A DNA stretch of 64,000 nucleotides, taken from NCBI GenBank assembly GCA_963717145.1, contig OY970325.1, positions 3,010,448 to 3,074,447 on the forward strand. Reading direction: 5' to 3'. The position numbers and the translations under genes are program-made. The notes under the pieces were generated by a model that worked only from the letters and a program-made list of their open reading frames with translations, searched no databases and was not told the origin of the DNA. Shown here one piece after another: positions 8,234-17,367 of the stretch; position 1 is the stretch's first letter, and the number at the start of each line of letters is the position of its first letter. Origin of the DNA: an uncultured Armatimonadetes bacterium (lineage in GTDB: Bacteria; Armatimonadota; UBA5829; DTJY01).

Positions 8234-8863
8234 TCAGGATGTTACATTCGCGAAGGCGCGGTAATACTTGACCCGGAACTTAGGAAGCTCCAATATCCCC
8301 TGTATCTCTTCCGGTAGAAATTCATGGTCGCCGTAGTCTGCCGGATGTTCCTGCATCCACTTCGCCTGATCCCGGTCGATCGGCGCAGTGAAGTAGGCAT
8401 CGGCTATGCCGTGGTCTATGTGTGACACCTCGGCGTCTGAGGTCGCGGACATTCCGAGCGGATAGAGCCGGAGCAGCCGTCTGTCCTTCCCTGACCAATA
8501 TGCAAGGGGACGGATATCCGCGGTGCAGTCATCCATGCCCCAGTACGAGATGAGTTCCTCGATTCTCGGATACAGCATCCTGTAGTCCATGTCGATGGAA
8601 GCGAGCAGATGTGCTCGGACGACACCCCCACCGATATCATACCCGGCGAATATCGGCTGCTCGGTGCAATCCTTCTGGAAACCTGCCATGCATTGCATTG
8701 CCAGCCAACCGGCCCACGGCAGCCCCTTAGCGGCGGCGTGATCGTACAGAGTGCGATATTCAAACTCGAAGACGGTTGAGCGGAAGACCTCATTCGTGTC
8801 GACGTCCAGCTCAATGGGCACAAGCTCCGAGAGGGAGATGTTAACGACCGGCCATTGTGGCAT
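8234..8863 (-). CDS. hypothetical protein (209 aa) on a cassette between the 140-bp direct repeats
   Basis: Clean ORF with AAGGAGG 7 nt upstream and its own sigma70 promoter. No recognisable domain. GC is lower than in the flanks. Confidence 0.65.
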   Translation of the reverse strand: MPQWPVVNISLSELVPIELDVDTNEVFRSTVFEFEYRTLYDHAAAKGLPWAGWLAMQCMAGFQKDCTEQPIFAGYDIGGGVVRAHLLASIDMDYRMLYPRIEELISYWGMDDCTADIRPLAYWSGKDRRLLRLYPLGMSATSDAEVSHIDHGIADAYFTAPIDRDQAKWMQEHPADYGDHEFLPEEIQGILELPKFRVKYYRAFANVTS

Positions 8864-8900
8864 CCGATACGCCTCCTTTGCCGTGGGTGATATCCAAAGT

Positions 8901-8929
8901 ATTCTAGCGATATTACTTCAAGTATTCAA
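8901..8929 (-). promoter_or_regulatory. sigma70-type promoter for ORF 8234..8863
   Basis: Minus strand reads TTGAAT-acttgaagtaatatcgc-TAGAAT (17-bp spacer), about 38 nt upstream of the ATG. Confidence 0.5.
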
Positions 8930-9073
8930 GGACAGAGTTCCACTACTCCATCACACGATCCTCCCCAAGGTAGGACTCCGACCGGCTGGGAAACAAGATC
9001 ATGAGCGCGAACAAAGCGGAAGGCTTGGGCGCGTGGCAGTCCGGTCGGTGATTGCTGTGATGCGAACAAGGGG

Positions 9074-9976
9074 CTATTCCAGCGGATCCTCGAGCACCCA
9101 CTGCTTGCCTTCGACCATCGGGGTGCGGTAGATGTGCTCGATGCGGCCGGTCTTCTCCAGGTGGTCCATGCACTTCCTCAGGCAGCCGCGACCGCCGCAG
9201 ATCGTGCGGTGGCGGAAGCGGTGATCGAGGAACTTGTAGTACGGGGGCGGGTTCTCCTGGCTGGAGTCCGGCTCGAGGAACGGCGAATACTTCGGGTCCC
9301 AGCCCAGATGCGGATACCAGCACTTCCCGCAATCGAGTGGCGCGTGGCTGAATACCCGATCCTCGATGGTGAACTCGACGCTGCGCTCGGTCGGGATCGC
9401 GTCGGCGGGACACGCCCTCGCGCATTCGCCGCAGTTGTCGCATACGCTCCCTCGGAAGAGCGGATCGGGTTCGAGCGCCGCGTCGGTGAGGACGGCGAAT
9501 ATCCGCTGGCGCGGCCCGAACTGCGGTGTGAGGAGCAGCTTGCTCAGCCCGAGTTCGCCGAGCCCCGCCGCACAGCCGAGGACCCGCATGCTCATCATCC
9601 CGTCCGGTCGTGTACCGCCCGGGCGGACGGGCCGCCCCACGTGAGGCGTGAATGGATTGTGGATCGGCACGGACGTGTAGCCCCGGTCCTCCAGGAAGAG
9701 GATGATCTTTCGCAGCATGTGAGGCGCGAGGATCTCGTTCAGGTACTGGTAGGAGTCGCAGTTGTACGCCTGCCAGTAGTTGCCCTCCTCGATCGTCTTG
9801 AGCGCGCCCCTGAGCATGCGACATCCGAGCACGATGGCGCTCTGTGTGCCGCCGAGGATGGTCCGTGGATGCAGATCGGGCGGCGCATTGTCGAAGCGGT
9901 CGATCGACGCGATCCCGACCAGGTCCGCGCCGGCCTCGCGAGCGACTTTCTTCACCTCGGCGGTTAGTGTGGTCAT
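9074..9976 (-). CDS. 4Fe-4S cluster protein, epoxyqueuosine reductase (QueG)/reductive dehalogenase-like
   Basis: 300 aa. Ferredoxin motif CDNCGECARACP plus further Cys pairs (CGKC, CGGRGCLRKC). The N-terminal AREAGADLVGIASIDRF is typical of the QueG/RdhA-like family. Confidence 0.7.
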   Translation of the reverse strand: MTTLTAEVKKVAREAGADLVGIASIDRFDNAPPDLHPRTILGGTQSAIVLGCRMLRGALKTIEEGNYWQAYNCDSYQYLNEILAPHMLRKIILFLEDRGYTSVPIHNPFTPHVGRPVRPGGTRPDGMMSMRVLGCAAGLGELGLSKLLLTPQFGPRQRIFAVLTDAALEPDPLFRGSVCDNCGECARACPADAIPTERSVEFTIEDRVFSHAPLDCGKCWYPHLGWDPKYSPFLEPDSSQENPPPYYKFLDHRFRHRTICGGRGCLRKCMDHLEKTGRIEHIYRTPMVEGKQWVLEDPLE

Positions 9977-10044
9977 TGTTGTTTCTCCGGGACGGGATCT
10001 ATTCCCTCTCTCGTAGGGACGTGCAGAGCGATCATACGACTTGA

Positions 10045-10812
10045 TTATGCGCCTTGCTCTCCATCAAACAGCCAGCCTGTCTCATCTGAGCCAAATTGCT
10101 CGTCGATGGTCCTAGCGTTCGGCACTGAGGCATAGGTGGCGGGACTGTTGATCTTCTCGATGCGCGGATCGATCAGGCGATCCAGTTCGTCACTATCAGG
10201 CATGGACAGGCCCAGGAAGTCGAACACCTTCCGAAAGGCTTCCCGATTGTGCGCCACATCCATCGTGTACAAATCCTCATAGTACAAGGGCAGACACATG
10301 CCGGGCGGCTTCCGTGCGAGGACTCCGGCGTACAACCGCCTTCTCTCTCCTACACCCACGACCAGCGACCTCAAATCATCGAGATCGATTGGCTGGAGCG
10401 GCGGGTAAGCCGTCTCCGCATCACCCTTGAAGTCCCGTTTCTGCCAAAAGCCCGTCTGTTCTGCTATGAAGCCGGAAACCGTCTGCTGGAGGGTGTTCCG
10501 CCGGTAGAGAGTGATCACTTCGATGTCCGGCCTGAGCAGCAGATGTGTGTAAAGCTCCTCGGAGAGCTGGTAGTCACATACCTTGATGCCGTTGTATCTG
10601 GAGAACAATACGGCCAACTGCTCTTCCAGTGATGGGATGTCTATTATGAGATCGATATAGTCCGGTTCCCCGGGACTCCATGTGTGGTACCTGGGATGCA
10701 GGGGCTCCATTGCAATATTCAGCTCAGGGTGAAGCTGAAGCACGCGATAGAGAATGGTGCCCCCGGTTCGGGGCTGGGCAAATATTACGATTCGATGGGA
10801 AATAGCAGTCAT
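10045..10812 (-). CDS. sulfotransferase family protein (Stf0-like)
   Basis: 255 aa. N-terminal PAPS-binding type loop IFAQPRTGGT. Size and layout fit cytosolic sulfotransferases. Confidence 0.6.
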   Translation of the reverse strand: MTAISHRIVIFAQPRTGGTILYRVLQLHPELNIAMEPLHPRYHTWSPGEPDYIDLIIDIPSLEEQLAVLFSRYNGIKVCDYQLSEELYTHLLLRPDIEVITLYRRNTLQQTVSGFIAEQTGFWQKRDFKGDAETAYPPLQPIDLDDLRSLVVGVGERRRLYAGVLARKPPGMCLPLYYEDLYTMDVAHNREAFRKVFDFLGLSMPDSDELDRLIDPRIEKINSPATYASVPNARTIDEQFGSDETGWLFDGEQGA

Positions 10813-10915
10813 CTTTATCCTATTCTCCTCCGGGCGGGCGTTTTCCTATCGAGCGGGTGTCGATCTAGGGCGCGCTGGGTAGAATGGACACATATACCAA
10901 TCTGAGGAGAGAACC

Positions 10916-11341
10916 ATGCCCATGAGATCAGCGCAAGCCGAATGGAGGGGAAACCTCCGAGACGGCAACGGCTCGATGAAGCTCGAAGCCTGGGAAGGAC
11001 CGTATTCATTCGCATCGCGTTTCGAAGAGGGAGAGGGGACGAACCCGGAGGAGTTGATCGCGGCGGCACACTCGGGATGCTTCAGCATGGCATTTGCGGG
11101 AGACCTCGGTCAGGCCGGCTACAAGCCCGTCCGCGTCCACACGACAGCGAGAGTCACGGTCGAGAAGGTTGGCGATGGATTCACGATCACGAAGAGCCAC
11201 CTCACTACCGAGGCGGAAGTGCCGGACATCGACGAGGAGACGTTCCGCAAGATTGCAGATGGAGCGAAGGCGGGATGCCCGGTATCGAGAGCCCTAGCCG
11301 GGGTGGAGATCACCATAGAAGCCAAGCTGGCGGATTCCTAA
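10916..11341 (+). CDS. osmC: OsmC family peroxiredoxin
   Basis: 141 aa. ...GTNPEELIAAAHSGCFSMA...GCPVSRAL carries the two conserved OsmC cysteines and the expected spacing. Confidence 0.85.
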   Translation: MPMRSAQAEWRGNLRDGNGSMKLEAWEGPYSFASRFEEGEGTNPEELIAAAHSGCFSMAFAGDLGQAGYKPVRVHTTARVTVEKVGDGFTITKSHLTTEAEVPDIDEETFRKIADGAKAGCPVSRALAGVEITIEAKLADS

Positions 11342-11545
11342 CCACGGAGGCACAGAGGACACGGAGAAAACCAAATCCGAAATTCGAGATGCCGCCAACG
11401 TCATGGTAGGGAACGGTCGCCGTCCAGTTCCGTCGCTGTCCCAAGCGGACAGCCGCGGAACGCGACGGCGGCCGTTCCCTGCATTTGTTATGCGAAGGGA
11501 ACAGCACGCGTTCGGTCGAATAGGATGATGTGGAGGAACGGTTAT

Positions 11546-12958
11546 ATGAGCATCACACGGCGGGACTTCATGAAGAAAGCGGCGGCTCTGTCCGCATTTG
11601 CACTTGGAGGTGAATCATTGGTAGATGCGGCACAGGATCAGAAGAAGCCGAACATCGTTTTCGTGTTCAGCGACCAACAGCGGTGGGACAGCGTGGGGTG
11701 CTACGGGCAGGAGCTTCCGCTCACGCCGAACCTCGACAAGATGGCGTCCGAGGGCGTGCGCTTCGAGACGGCATTCACCTGCCAGCCGGTATGCGGTCCC
11801 GCGCGGGCGGCTCTTCAGACCGGCAAGTACCCCACCGAGATGGGCTGCTTCACGAACAACCGCGCGCTTCCGCTCGACGAGAAGACCCTCGCGACCTACC
11901 TCTCCGCTCAGGGATATGAGGTCGGCTACATCGGCAAGTGGCATCTCGCCTCCTCCAAGGGCGACAACTTCCGCGAGATAGGCGTCCCTCCCGAGCGACG
12001 CGGCGGCTACAAGGACTTCTGGCTCGCGTCCGACGTGCTTGAGTTCACGTCCCACAGCTACGACGGCCACATGCATGACGGCAGAGGCGAGAAGGTCGAG
12101 TTCCCGAAGGACCGGTATCGCGCCGACTGCCTGACCGACTATGCCGTCGATTATCTCAGGACGCGCGACTTAGAGAAGCCGTTCTTCCTGTTCATCTCGT
12201 ACATCGAGCCGCATCACCAGAACGACCATAAGGTATTCGAAGGGCCGAAGGGCTCCAAGGAGAAGTGCAAGGACTACAAGGTCCCCGGCGACCTCGTCGG
12301 CACTCAGGGCGACTGGCAGGAGAACTACCCCGACTACCTCGGATGCATCAACAGCCTCGACCGCAACCTCGGCCGAATCCGTGAGGAGTTGGAGAAGCGC
12401 GGACTCGCCGACAACACGCTCGTCATCTACACGAGCGACCACGCCTGCCACTTCCGGACGCGGAACGGCGAGTACAAGCGCGCCTGCCACGACGACTCGA
12501 TCCGCATCCCGATGATCGCCTGCGGTCCGGGGTTCGAGGGCGGCAAGGTCGTCCAGGGACTCGCGAGCCTGATCGACATGCCGCCGACGATCTTGGCAGC
12601 GGCGGGAGTGAAGCCTCCATCGCTCATGAGGGGCCATCCGCTGCAGGACCTCGTCGCCGGGAAGGACTGGCCGGAGGAAGTCTTCGTCCAGATCAGCGAG
12701 GCACAGGTCGGGCGGGCGATTCGGACGAAGAAGTGGAAGTACTCCGTCTATGCGCCGGACAAGAGTGGCGGCAAGGACCCGGGCAGCGATGTCTATGTCG
12801 AGGAGTACCTCTACGACCTCGAGAAGGACCCGTTCGAGAAGAACAGCCTGGTGAGCGACCCGGCCGTCGCCGACGTGAGGAAGGACCTCGCGGCCATCCT
12901 CAAGCGGCGGATGGTCGCTGTCGGCGAGAAGGAACCGGTCATCAACCCAGCGCCGTAG
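11546..12958 (+). CDS. arylsulfatase A-family sulfatase with a Tat signal
   Basis: MSITRRDFMKKAAALSAFALGG is a twin-arginine signal. FSDQQRWD, and the CGPAR formylglycine motif within CQPVCGPARAALQTGKYP. GGAGGA lies 8 nt upstream of ATG 11546; the track start is 11525. Confidence 0.9.
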   Translation: MSITRRDFMKKAAALSAFALGGESLVDAAQDQKKPNIVFVFSDQQRWDSVGCYGQELPLTPNLDKMASEGVRFETAFTCQPVCGPARAALQTGKYPTEMGCFTNNRALPLDEKTLATYLSAQGYEVGYIGKWHLASSKGDNFREIGVPPERRGGYKDFWLASDVLEFTSHSYDGHMHDGRGEKVEFPKDRYRADCLTDYAVDYLRTRDLEKPFFLFISYIEPHHQNDHKVFEGPKGSKEKCKDYKVPGDLVGTQGDWQENYPDYLGCINSLDRNLGRIREELEKRGLADNTLVIYTSDHACHFRTRNGEYKRACHDDSIRIPMIACGPGFEGGKVVQGLASLIDMPPTILAAAGVKPPSLMRGHPLQDLVAGKDWPEEVFVQISEAQVGRAIRTKKWKYSVYAPDKSGGKDPGSDVYVEEYLYDLEKDPFEKNSLVSDPAVADVRKDLAAILKRRMVAVGEKEPVINPAP

Positions 12959-13090
12959 GGGCGGTGCTTCTACGCCCGCCCGCCTTCGGTGTAGTGGCCG
13001 TGCCTCCGTGCCGGCCTTACGGTGGGCTGGCCGGCACGGAGGCACGGCCACTACGACGCGAAACGGGAGGCCGTTGAAGGCCTCCCCTAC
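12955..13090. repeat. REP family A copy (12955-12981 + 13065-13090) interrupted by a REP family C hairpin (12991-13053)
   Basis: GTAGGGGCGGTGCTTCTACGCCCGCCC | GTAGTGGCCGTGCCTCCGTGCCGGCC...GGCCGGCACGGAGGCACGGCCACTAC | GGGAGGCCGTTGAAGGCCTCCCCTAC. The outer halves equal the reverse complement of the 854-910 unit. The inner element equals 21679-21743. Confidence 0.9.
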
Positions 13091-13096
13091 GGAACC

Positions 13097-15505
13097 ATGC
13101 CAGACGATCTGCGCACTACTCTGCAATCATCATTCGGATTCGAGAGCTTCCGTCCGGGACAGGAGGAGGCGATCGAACACCTGCTCGCGGGCAGGCACAC
13201 GGTTGTCGTGATGCCGACCGGCGCGGGGAAATCGCTCGTCTACCAACTCGCATCCCTGTGCGTCCCCACGACGACGCTCGTGATCTCGCCGCTGATCTCC
13301 CTGATGCGCGACCAGGTGACCGCCCTCAACAAGCGCGGAATCCATTCCACGTTCATCAACAGCACGGTTTCCGCCGACAACCAACTCCAAAGGACTCGCA
13401 ATATGGAAGCCGGGCGATACAGACTCGTCTACGTCGCCCCGGAACGGCTGAGGAGCGTCAAGTTCCGCGAGGCGCTCGCCCGCACGCCGATCGGGCTGCT
13501 GGCGGTTGACGAAGCCCACTGCATCTCCCACTGGGGGCACGATTTCCGGCCCGACTACCTGCAGATCGGCCCCGCCCGCGCCTTGATGAACAATCCCACG
13601 ACCGTCGCACTCACTGCAACCGCGACTCCAGATGTGCAGAAGGACATCGCGCGCGTGCTCGGCCTCAAGCCGTGCAAGCTGGTGGTCACCGGGTTCAACC
13701 GCCCGAACCTCTTCTTCGAGGTCCGCTATGCCCCCGATGCCGAAGCCAAGCTGAGGGTGATCTACGAGCTGTTCGCGGAGTGTGAGGATCAGTGCGCAAT
13801 CGTATATGCGGGCACAAGGCGGGATTCCGAGGAACTGGCTGAGTTCATCTCCGCGACCGCCAAGATCGACGCCAGGTATTACCACGGCGGTATGGCCGCT
13901 GATCTGCGGTCGGAGGTCCAGGACGCATTCATCAACCGACGGCTTCAGGTCACGGTCGCCACGAACGCGTTCGGGATGGGGATCGATCGGCCCGACGTGC
14001 GGATGGTGATCCACCATTCGATCCCCGGAACGCTGGAGGCATACTACCAGGAAGCCGGTCGCGCCGGACGAGACGGAGAACCCGCGCGGGCGGTCCTGAT
14101 CTACTCGCCGAAGGATCGGTCACTCCAGGAATGGTTCATCGAGAACAGCACCCCGAGTTGGGATGAGCTGTCTGTGGTGTACGGCGCGGCTCTCTCCGCA
14201 ACTGCGTCCGACGGATGGATAGCGAGTGAGGATATCTCGCTCAAGACGGGGCTGCATGACGTGAGCGTCAGAATCGCGCTGGCTCAGCTCGAATCCGCCG
14301 GGATCGTCGATCATCTTGGAGATTCGGGCCTACGGATGCTGCTGAGGTGCAACGAATGGGATGACAAGGCCCTGCGGACCGTGGACAACGCCGCGAACGA
14401 GCGGAAGAGGCTCCGGATGAAGCAACTCGCCGAGATGGTGTCGTACGCCGAATCGGGTCAGTGCAGGAGGCGGATACTGCTCGGGCACTTCGGCGATACC
14501 GGGCCGGCGGATGCCCTCTCGTGCTGCGATAACTGCGCGGGGAGAGAGACTGAGCAACCGGCGGATTCGAGTATGAGTATGAGTAGGAGTATGAGTACGA
14601 GCGGTGAGATGGACGTGGCCATGACGATCCTCGATACGGTCCGGCTCGCGAAGTACGACCTGGGGCGTTCGAAGCTTGCGCAGGTGCTCTGGGGCGCGAA
14701 ACGAGCCGATCTGAGACAATTCAGCCACGACAGCAATCCGCACTATGGGAAACTCTCGGGCTTCTCGCAGGGAATGATCAGGGATCTGATAGATGAGTTG
14801 GTGTCGAAGGGATACATTCGGATGATCGGCGGCGCGCTCCCGGTGCTCCAACTCACACCACTGGGGATCACAGCCCTGAAGGAGCGGCGGGCGATCAGCT
14901 TGAACGTGCCCCTGCCCCGGCCGCCGAAACCCGCCAGGCCGAGACCCGTCTCGGGCGGCGAGCCAGATACCATCTCAGTCACGGAGGAGATGCTCCAACA
15001 GGGGATGACCCCGCCGCAGATCGCCGAGCTTCGGGCGCTGACGGTCGACACGATACTCAGCCACTGCGCGAAACTGATCGCGTCAGGCACGGTGGAAACC
15101 TGCGATGTCATTCCGACCGACATCGAGGCAGAGATACGCGCCGCAATCGCAGAGGTGGGCGGCGTAGACCGAATCGCTCCGATCAAGCTCCTGCTCCCCG
15201 AATCGGTGAGCTACGGCGAGATCCGGTGTGTGGTCGAAGCATGGAAGACGGAGCATGGGATCATTGACGAATCAGCGCTGCTCAAGCGCATAGTGCAATG
15301 GGGCGAAGAGCGGTCATCAGATTCAGTACCGGAGCTGATCCAGGCACTGGCGAGCTCGGGCGGGAACGTGCGGAGACTGGCGGCCTCTCGCTCTCGGCAA
15401 GATCGGGGACCCCTCGGCGGTGGAGCCGCTGATTGCGCTGTTGAAAACGGAATCTCACCCGCAGGTACGCCAGTATGCCATCAAGGCTCTCGGACGCATC
15501 GGTGA
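13097..15505 (+). CDS. recQ: ATP-dependent DNA helicase RecQ (main part; reading frame continues into 15390..15695 after an apparent +1 shift near 15389)
   Basis: MPDDLRTTLQSSFGFESFRPGQEEAI..., Walker A MPTGAGKS, DEAHCISHWGHDFRPDY, Zn module CRRRILLGHFGD...CCDNC, then winged-helix and HTH-like segments. The N-terminal 25 codons of the track ORF are translated REP. Confidence 0.88.
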   Translation: MPDDLRTTLQSSFGFESFRPGQEEAIEHLLAGRHTVVVMPTGAGKSLVYQLASLCVPTTTLVISPLISLMRDQVTALNKRGIHSTFINSTVSADNQLQRTRNMEAGRYRLVYVAPERLRSVKFREALARTPIGLLAVDEAHCISHWGHDFRPDYLQIGPARALMNNPTTVALTATATPDVQKDIARVLGLKPCKLVVTGFNRPNLFFEVRYAPDAEAKLRVIYELFAECEDQCAIVYAGTRRDSEELAEFISATAKIDARYYHGGMAADLRSEVQDAFINRRLQVTVATNAFGMGIDRPDVRMVIHHSIPGTLEAYYQEAGRAGRDGEPARAVLIYSPKDRSLQEWFIENSTPSWDELSVVYGAALSATASDGWIASEDISLKTGLHDVSVRIALAQLESAGIVDHLGDSGLRMLLRCNEWDDKALRTVDNAANERKRLRMKQLAEMVSYAESGQCRRRILLGHFGDTGPADALSCCDNCAGRETEQPADSSMSMSRSMSTSGEMDVAMTILDTVRLAKYDLGRSKLAQVLWGAKRADLRQFSHDSNPHYGKLSGFSQGMIRDLIDELVSKGYIRMIGGALPVLQLTPLGITALKERRAISLNVPLPRPPKPARPRPVSGGEPDTISVTEEMLQQGMTPPQIAELRALTVDTILSHCAKLIASGTVETCDVIPTDIEAEIRAAIAEVGGVDRIAPIKLLLPESVSYGEIRCVVEAWKTEHGIIDESALLKRIVQWGEERSSDSVPELIQALASSGGNVRRLAASRSRQDRGPLGGGAADCAVENGISPAGTPVCHQGSRTHR

Positions 15506-15695
15506 TCCACGCGCGAAGCCCATTCTCGAGAAGATCGTCTCGGACACGGATGAACCCCCGTACATCCAGGTATCGGCCAGCGAGGCACTTCACCTCATCT
15601 TGAAGGCGGCCTTCTCACGGCCCCAGACCTGTTCCAGCAACGCGGTCAGAGAGGCCGGACGCATCAGACCGATCAGACCGATCCGACGGATCTGA
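15390..15695 (+). CDS. HEAT/PBS-lyase-type repeat tail, probably the C-terminus of RecQ
   Basis: ALGKIGDPSAVEPLIALLKTESHPQVRQYAIKALGRIGDPRAKPILEKIV... The first HEAT unit begins in the recQ frame (VPELIQALASSGGNVRRLAAS) and continues in the next frame, so one repeat straddles the shift. Confidence 0.65.
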   Translation, partial: ALGKIGDPSAVEPLIALLKTESHPQVRQYAIKALGRIGDPRAKPILEKIVSDTDEPPYIQVSASEALHLILKAAFSRPQTCSSNAVREAGRIRPIRPIRRI

Positions 15696-15716
15696 CGGAT
15701 CTGACGGATCTGATGC
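15663..15716. repeat. six tandem 9-bp units (ATCAGACCG x2, ATCCGACGG, ATCTGACGG x2, ATCTGATGC)
   Basis: Read directly. The array spans the stop of the HEAT tail (IRPIRPIRRI*) and the recQ-comF spacer. Confidence 0.8.
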
Positions 15717-15729
15717 GACGCCCGACCCG

Positions 15730-16299
15730 GTGACCGTCTTCCTGTCGCAGGCGCATCCTCGGCCGCTCGTCGGGCCGTGGAGCATCGGATGGGCGCTCGG
15801 ATTCCACAGCGGATTCAGCGGCGACCAGTGGTCCCGCAGCAAGGTCGGCCAGCTTGCGTATCAGCTCAAGTATCAGCAGGACCGCGCGGCCCTGAAGCCG
15901 CTGGTCGGCCTCATCACGTCCCTCATGGCGGAGCACCGGGAGCTTGCGAACGTCGATATCATCGCGCCCGTGCCCCCATCAACGGCCAAGGAGTTCGATC
16001 ACGTCCAAGCATTGTCCGATGCGCTCGGCGGCGGACTCGGGATTCCCGTCCGAGCAGTGATCACCCGTCTCAGACCGACCGAGCCGCAGAAGGAGATGCG
16101 CTCCCTCGCCCAGAAGAAAGCTAACGTGGCGGGAGCGTTCGGGGTCGCCGAGAATGTCGCCGGCAAGAGGGTCCTCATCGTGGACGACTTCTACGACTCC
16201 GGGGCGACCCTGGAGGAGATCACGCGCGTTCTCCGAACCGCAGGGGCTCTCAGCACGGCGGTTCTGACCCTGACACGCACGATACATTCGGATTCATGA
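15730..16299 (+). CDS. ComF-family phosphoribosyltransferase-like protein (no N-terminal zinc finger)
   Basis: PRTase motif KRVLIVDDFYDSGATLEE and the ComF-like IIAPVPPS motif. GTG start. There are no Cys pairs in the N-terminal 60 aa. Confidence 0.75.
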   Translation: MTVFLSQAHPRPLVGPWSIGWALGFHSGFSGDQWSRSKVGQLAYQLKYQQDRAALKPLVGLITSLMAEHRELANVDIIAPVPPSTAKEFDHVQALSDALGGGLGIPVRAVITRLRPTEPQKEMRSLAQKKANVAGAFGVAENVAGKRVLIVDDFYDSGATLEEITRVLRTAGALSTAVLTLTRTIHSDS

Positions 16300-16309
16300 T
16301 CTGTATCGC

Positions 16310-16379
16310 GTAGGGGCGAAGCATTGGCTTCCGAATTCGATAGCGTGTTGGCATACGGTAGCCAATGCTTCGCCCCTAC
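16310..16379. repeat. REP family B hairpin
   Basis: GTAGGGGCGAAGCATTGGCT-N30-AGCCAATGCTTCGCCCCTAC. Confidence 0.9.
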
Positions 16380-16410
16380 AGGTACCATTGAATTCCATTG
16401 AGGAAGAAGT

Positions 16411-17307
16411 ATGAACGACGCTTACTGGCTCGCGCTGAGCACGATACCGGGTATCGGTGGGAAGACGGCCAAACTGCTGATCGAGCGGTTCGGCTCGCTC
16501 CCGGCGGTATTCGACGCGGACGACGATGAGCTGTCGAGCATCCCGCGCATCACTCCCGAGATCGTCTCGGGCCTGAAGAGTGCCCCACTCGAGCAGTTGG
16601 AGGACGAGTTGTGCGACCTGAGGAGCGAGGGCATCCGGCTGCTCACGTGGGACTCGGATGACTACCCCGCGAACCTGCTGAAGGCCGATGACGCCCCGCC
16701 GATGCTCTTCCTCAACGGCTCGATCGAACCCGCGGATGAGCGCGCGGTCGCAGTGATCGGTTCCCGCGAGGCGAGCGAGGAGTCCGTCGAATCGGCTCGG
16801 CGGTTGGCCCGGGAGTTCGCGAGTCGAGGGTTCACCATTATCAGCGGATTGGCGCTCGGGGTCGATGCCGCCGCTCACGAAGGCGCACTGGATGCGAACG
16901 GGAGAACGCTCGGGGTGCTCGGGTGCGGTATCCGGCACATTCATCCCCGGAGCAATCAGTCGCTGGCGGAACGCATCCTCGAGTCGGGCGGCTTGCTCTC
17001 GGAACTGCATCCGAACACTCCGGTTCAGGGGCGAAACCTGATGGCGCGCGACCGGATCATCAGCGGGCTCAGCCTCGGGGTGATCGTCGTCGAGGCGGGA
17101 CTCAAGAGTGGGAGCCTCGATACGGCTTCGAAGGCACGGAAACAGGGACGGCTGGTCGTGGCGGTTCCCGGGAGTCCGGGCGCGGATGAGCTGCTCTCCA
17201 GCGGCGCGGTGCCGATCGACCCGGAGTCCCCGGACATCGACGCCCTCTGCGAGCAGATCGAGGGCCACGAACCTGGCGGCGAAGAGAATCAACTTGGGCT
17301 TTGGTGA
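16411..17307 (+). CDS. dprA: DNA-processing protein DprA (Smf)
   Basis: 298 aa. N-terminal HhH-like WLALSTIPGIGGKTAKLL. Rossmann core VAVIGSREAS...GFTIISGLALGVDAAAHEGAL...ARDRIISGLS. Confidence 0.9.
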   Translation: MNDAYWLALSTIPGIGGKTAKLLIERFGSLPAVFDADDDELSSIPRITPEIVSGLKSAPLEQLEDELCDLRSEGIRLLTWDSDDYPANLLKADDAPPMLFLNGSIEPADERAVAVIGSREASEESVESARRLAREFASRGFTIISGLALGVDAAAHEGALDANGRTLGVLGCGIRHIHPRSNQSLAERILESGGLLSELHPNTPVQGRNLMARDRIISGLSLGVIVVEAGLKSGSLDTASKARKQGRLVVAVPGSPGADELLSSGAVPIDPESPDIDALCEQIEGHEPGGEENQLGLW

Positions 17308-17367
17308 TGTCATGGGGCCTATGTGACCGATATGACGCATGAGACCCATGGGACAAGCGAGTGAGTA

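Noticed and set aside
8943-9824. The 293-aa alternative-frame ORF inside the Fe-S gene, plus 9134..9967 on the plus strand.
   Set aside because: It is Arg/Pro-rich and overlaps a gene that has clear ferredoxin-type Cys motifs in another frame.
12170-13126. Long antisense ORFs opposite well-supported genes. Examples: 12170..13126, 16294..17436, 17472..18659, 21740..22810, 22422..23642, 39526..40809, 43281..44444, 55939..56877, 60602..61627, 62066..63052 and 13130..14017.
   Set aside because: They are Arg/Pro/Gly/Asp-rich and lack recognisable domains. They lie opposite genes with clear homology-type motifs. Long open antisense frames are expected in high-GC DNA because stop codons are rare.
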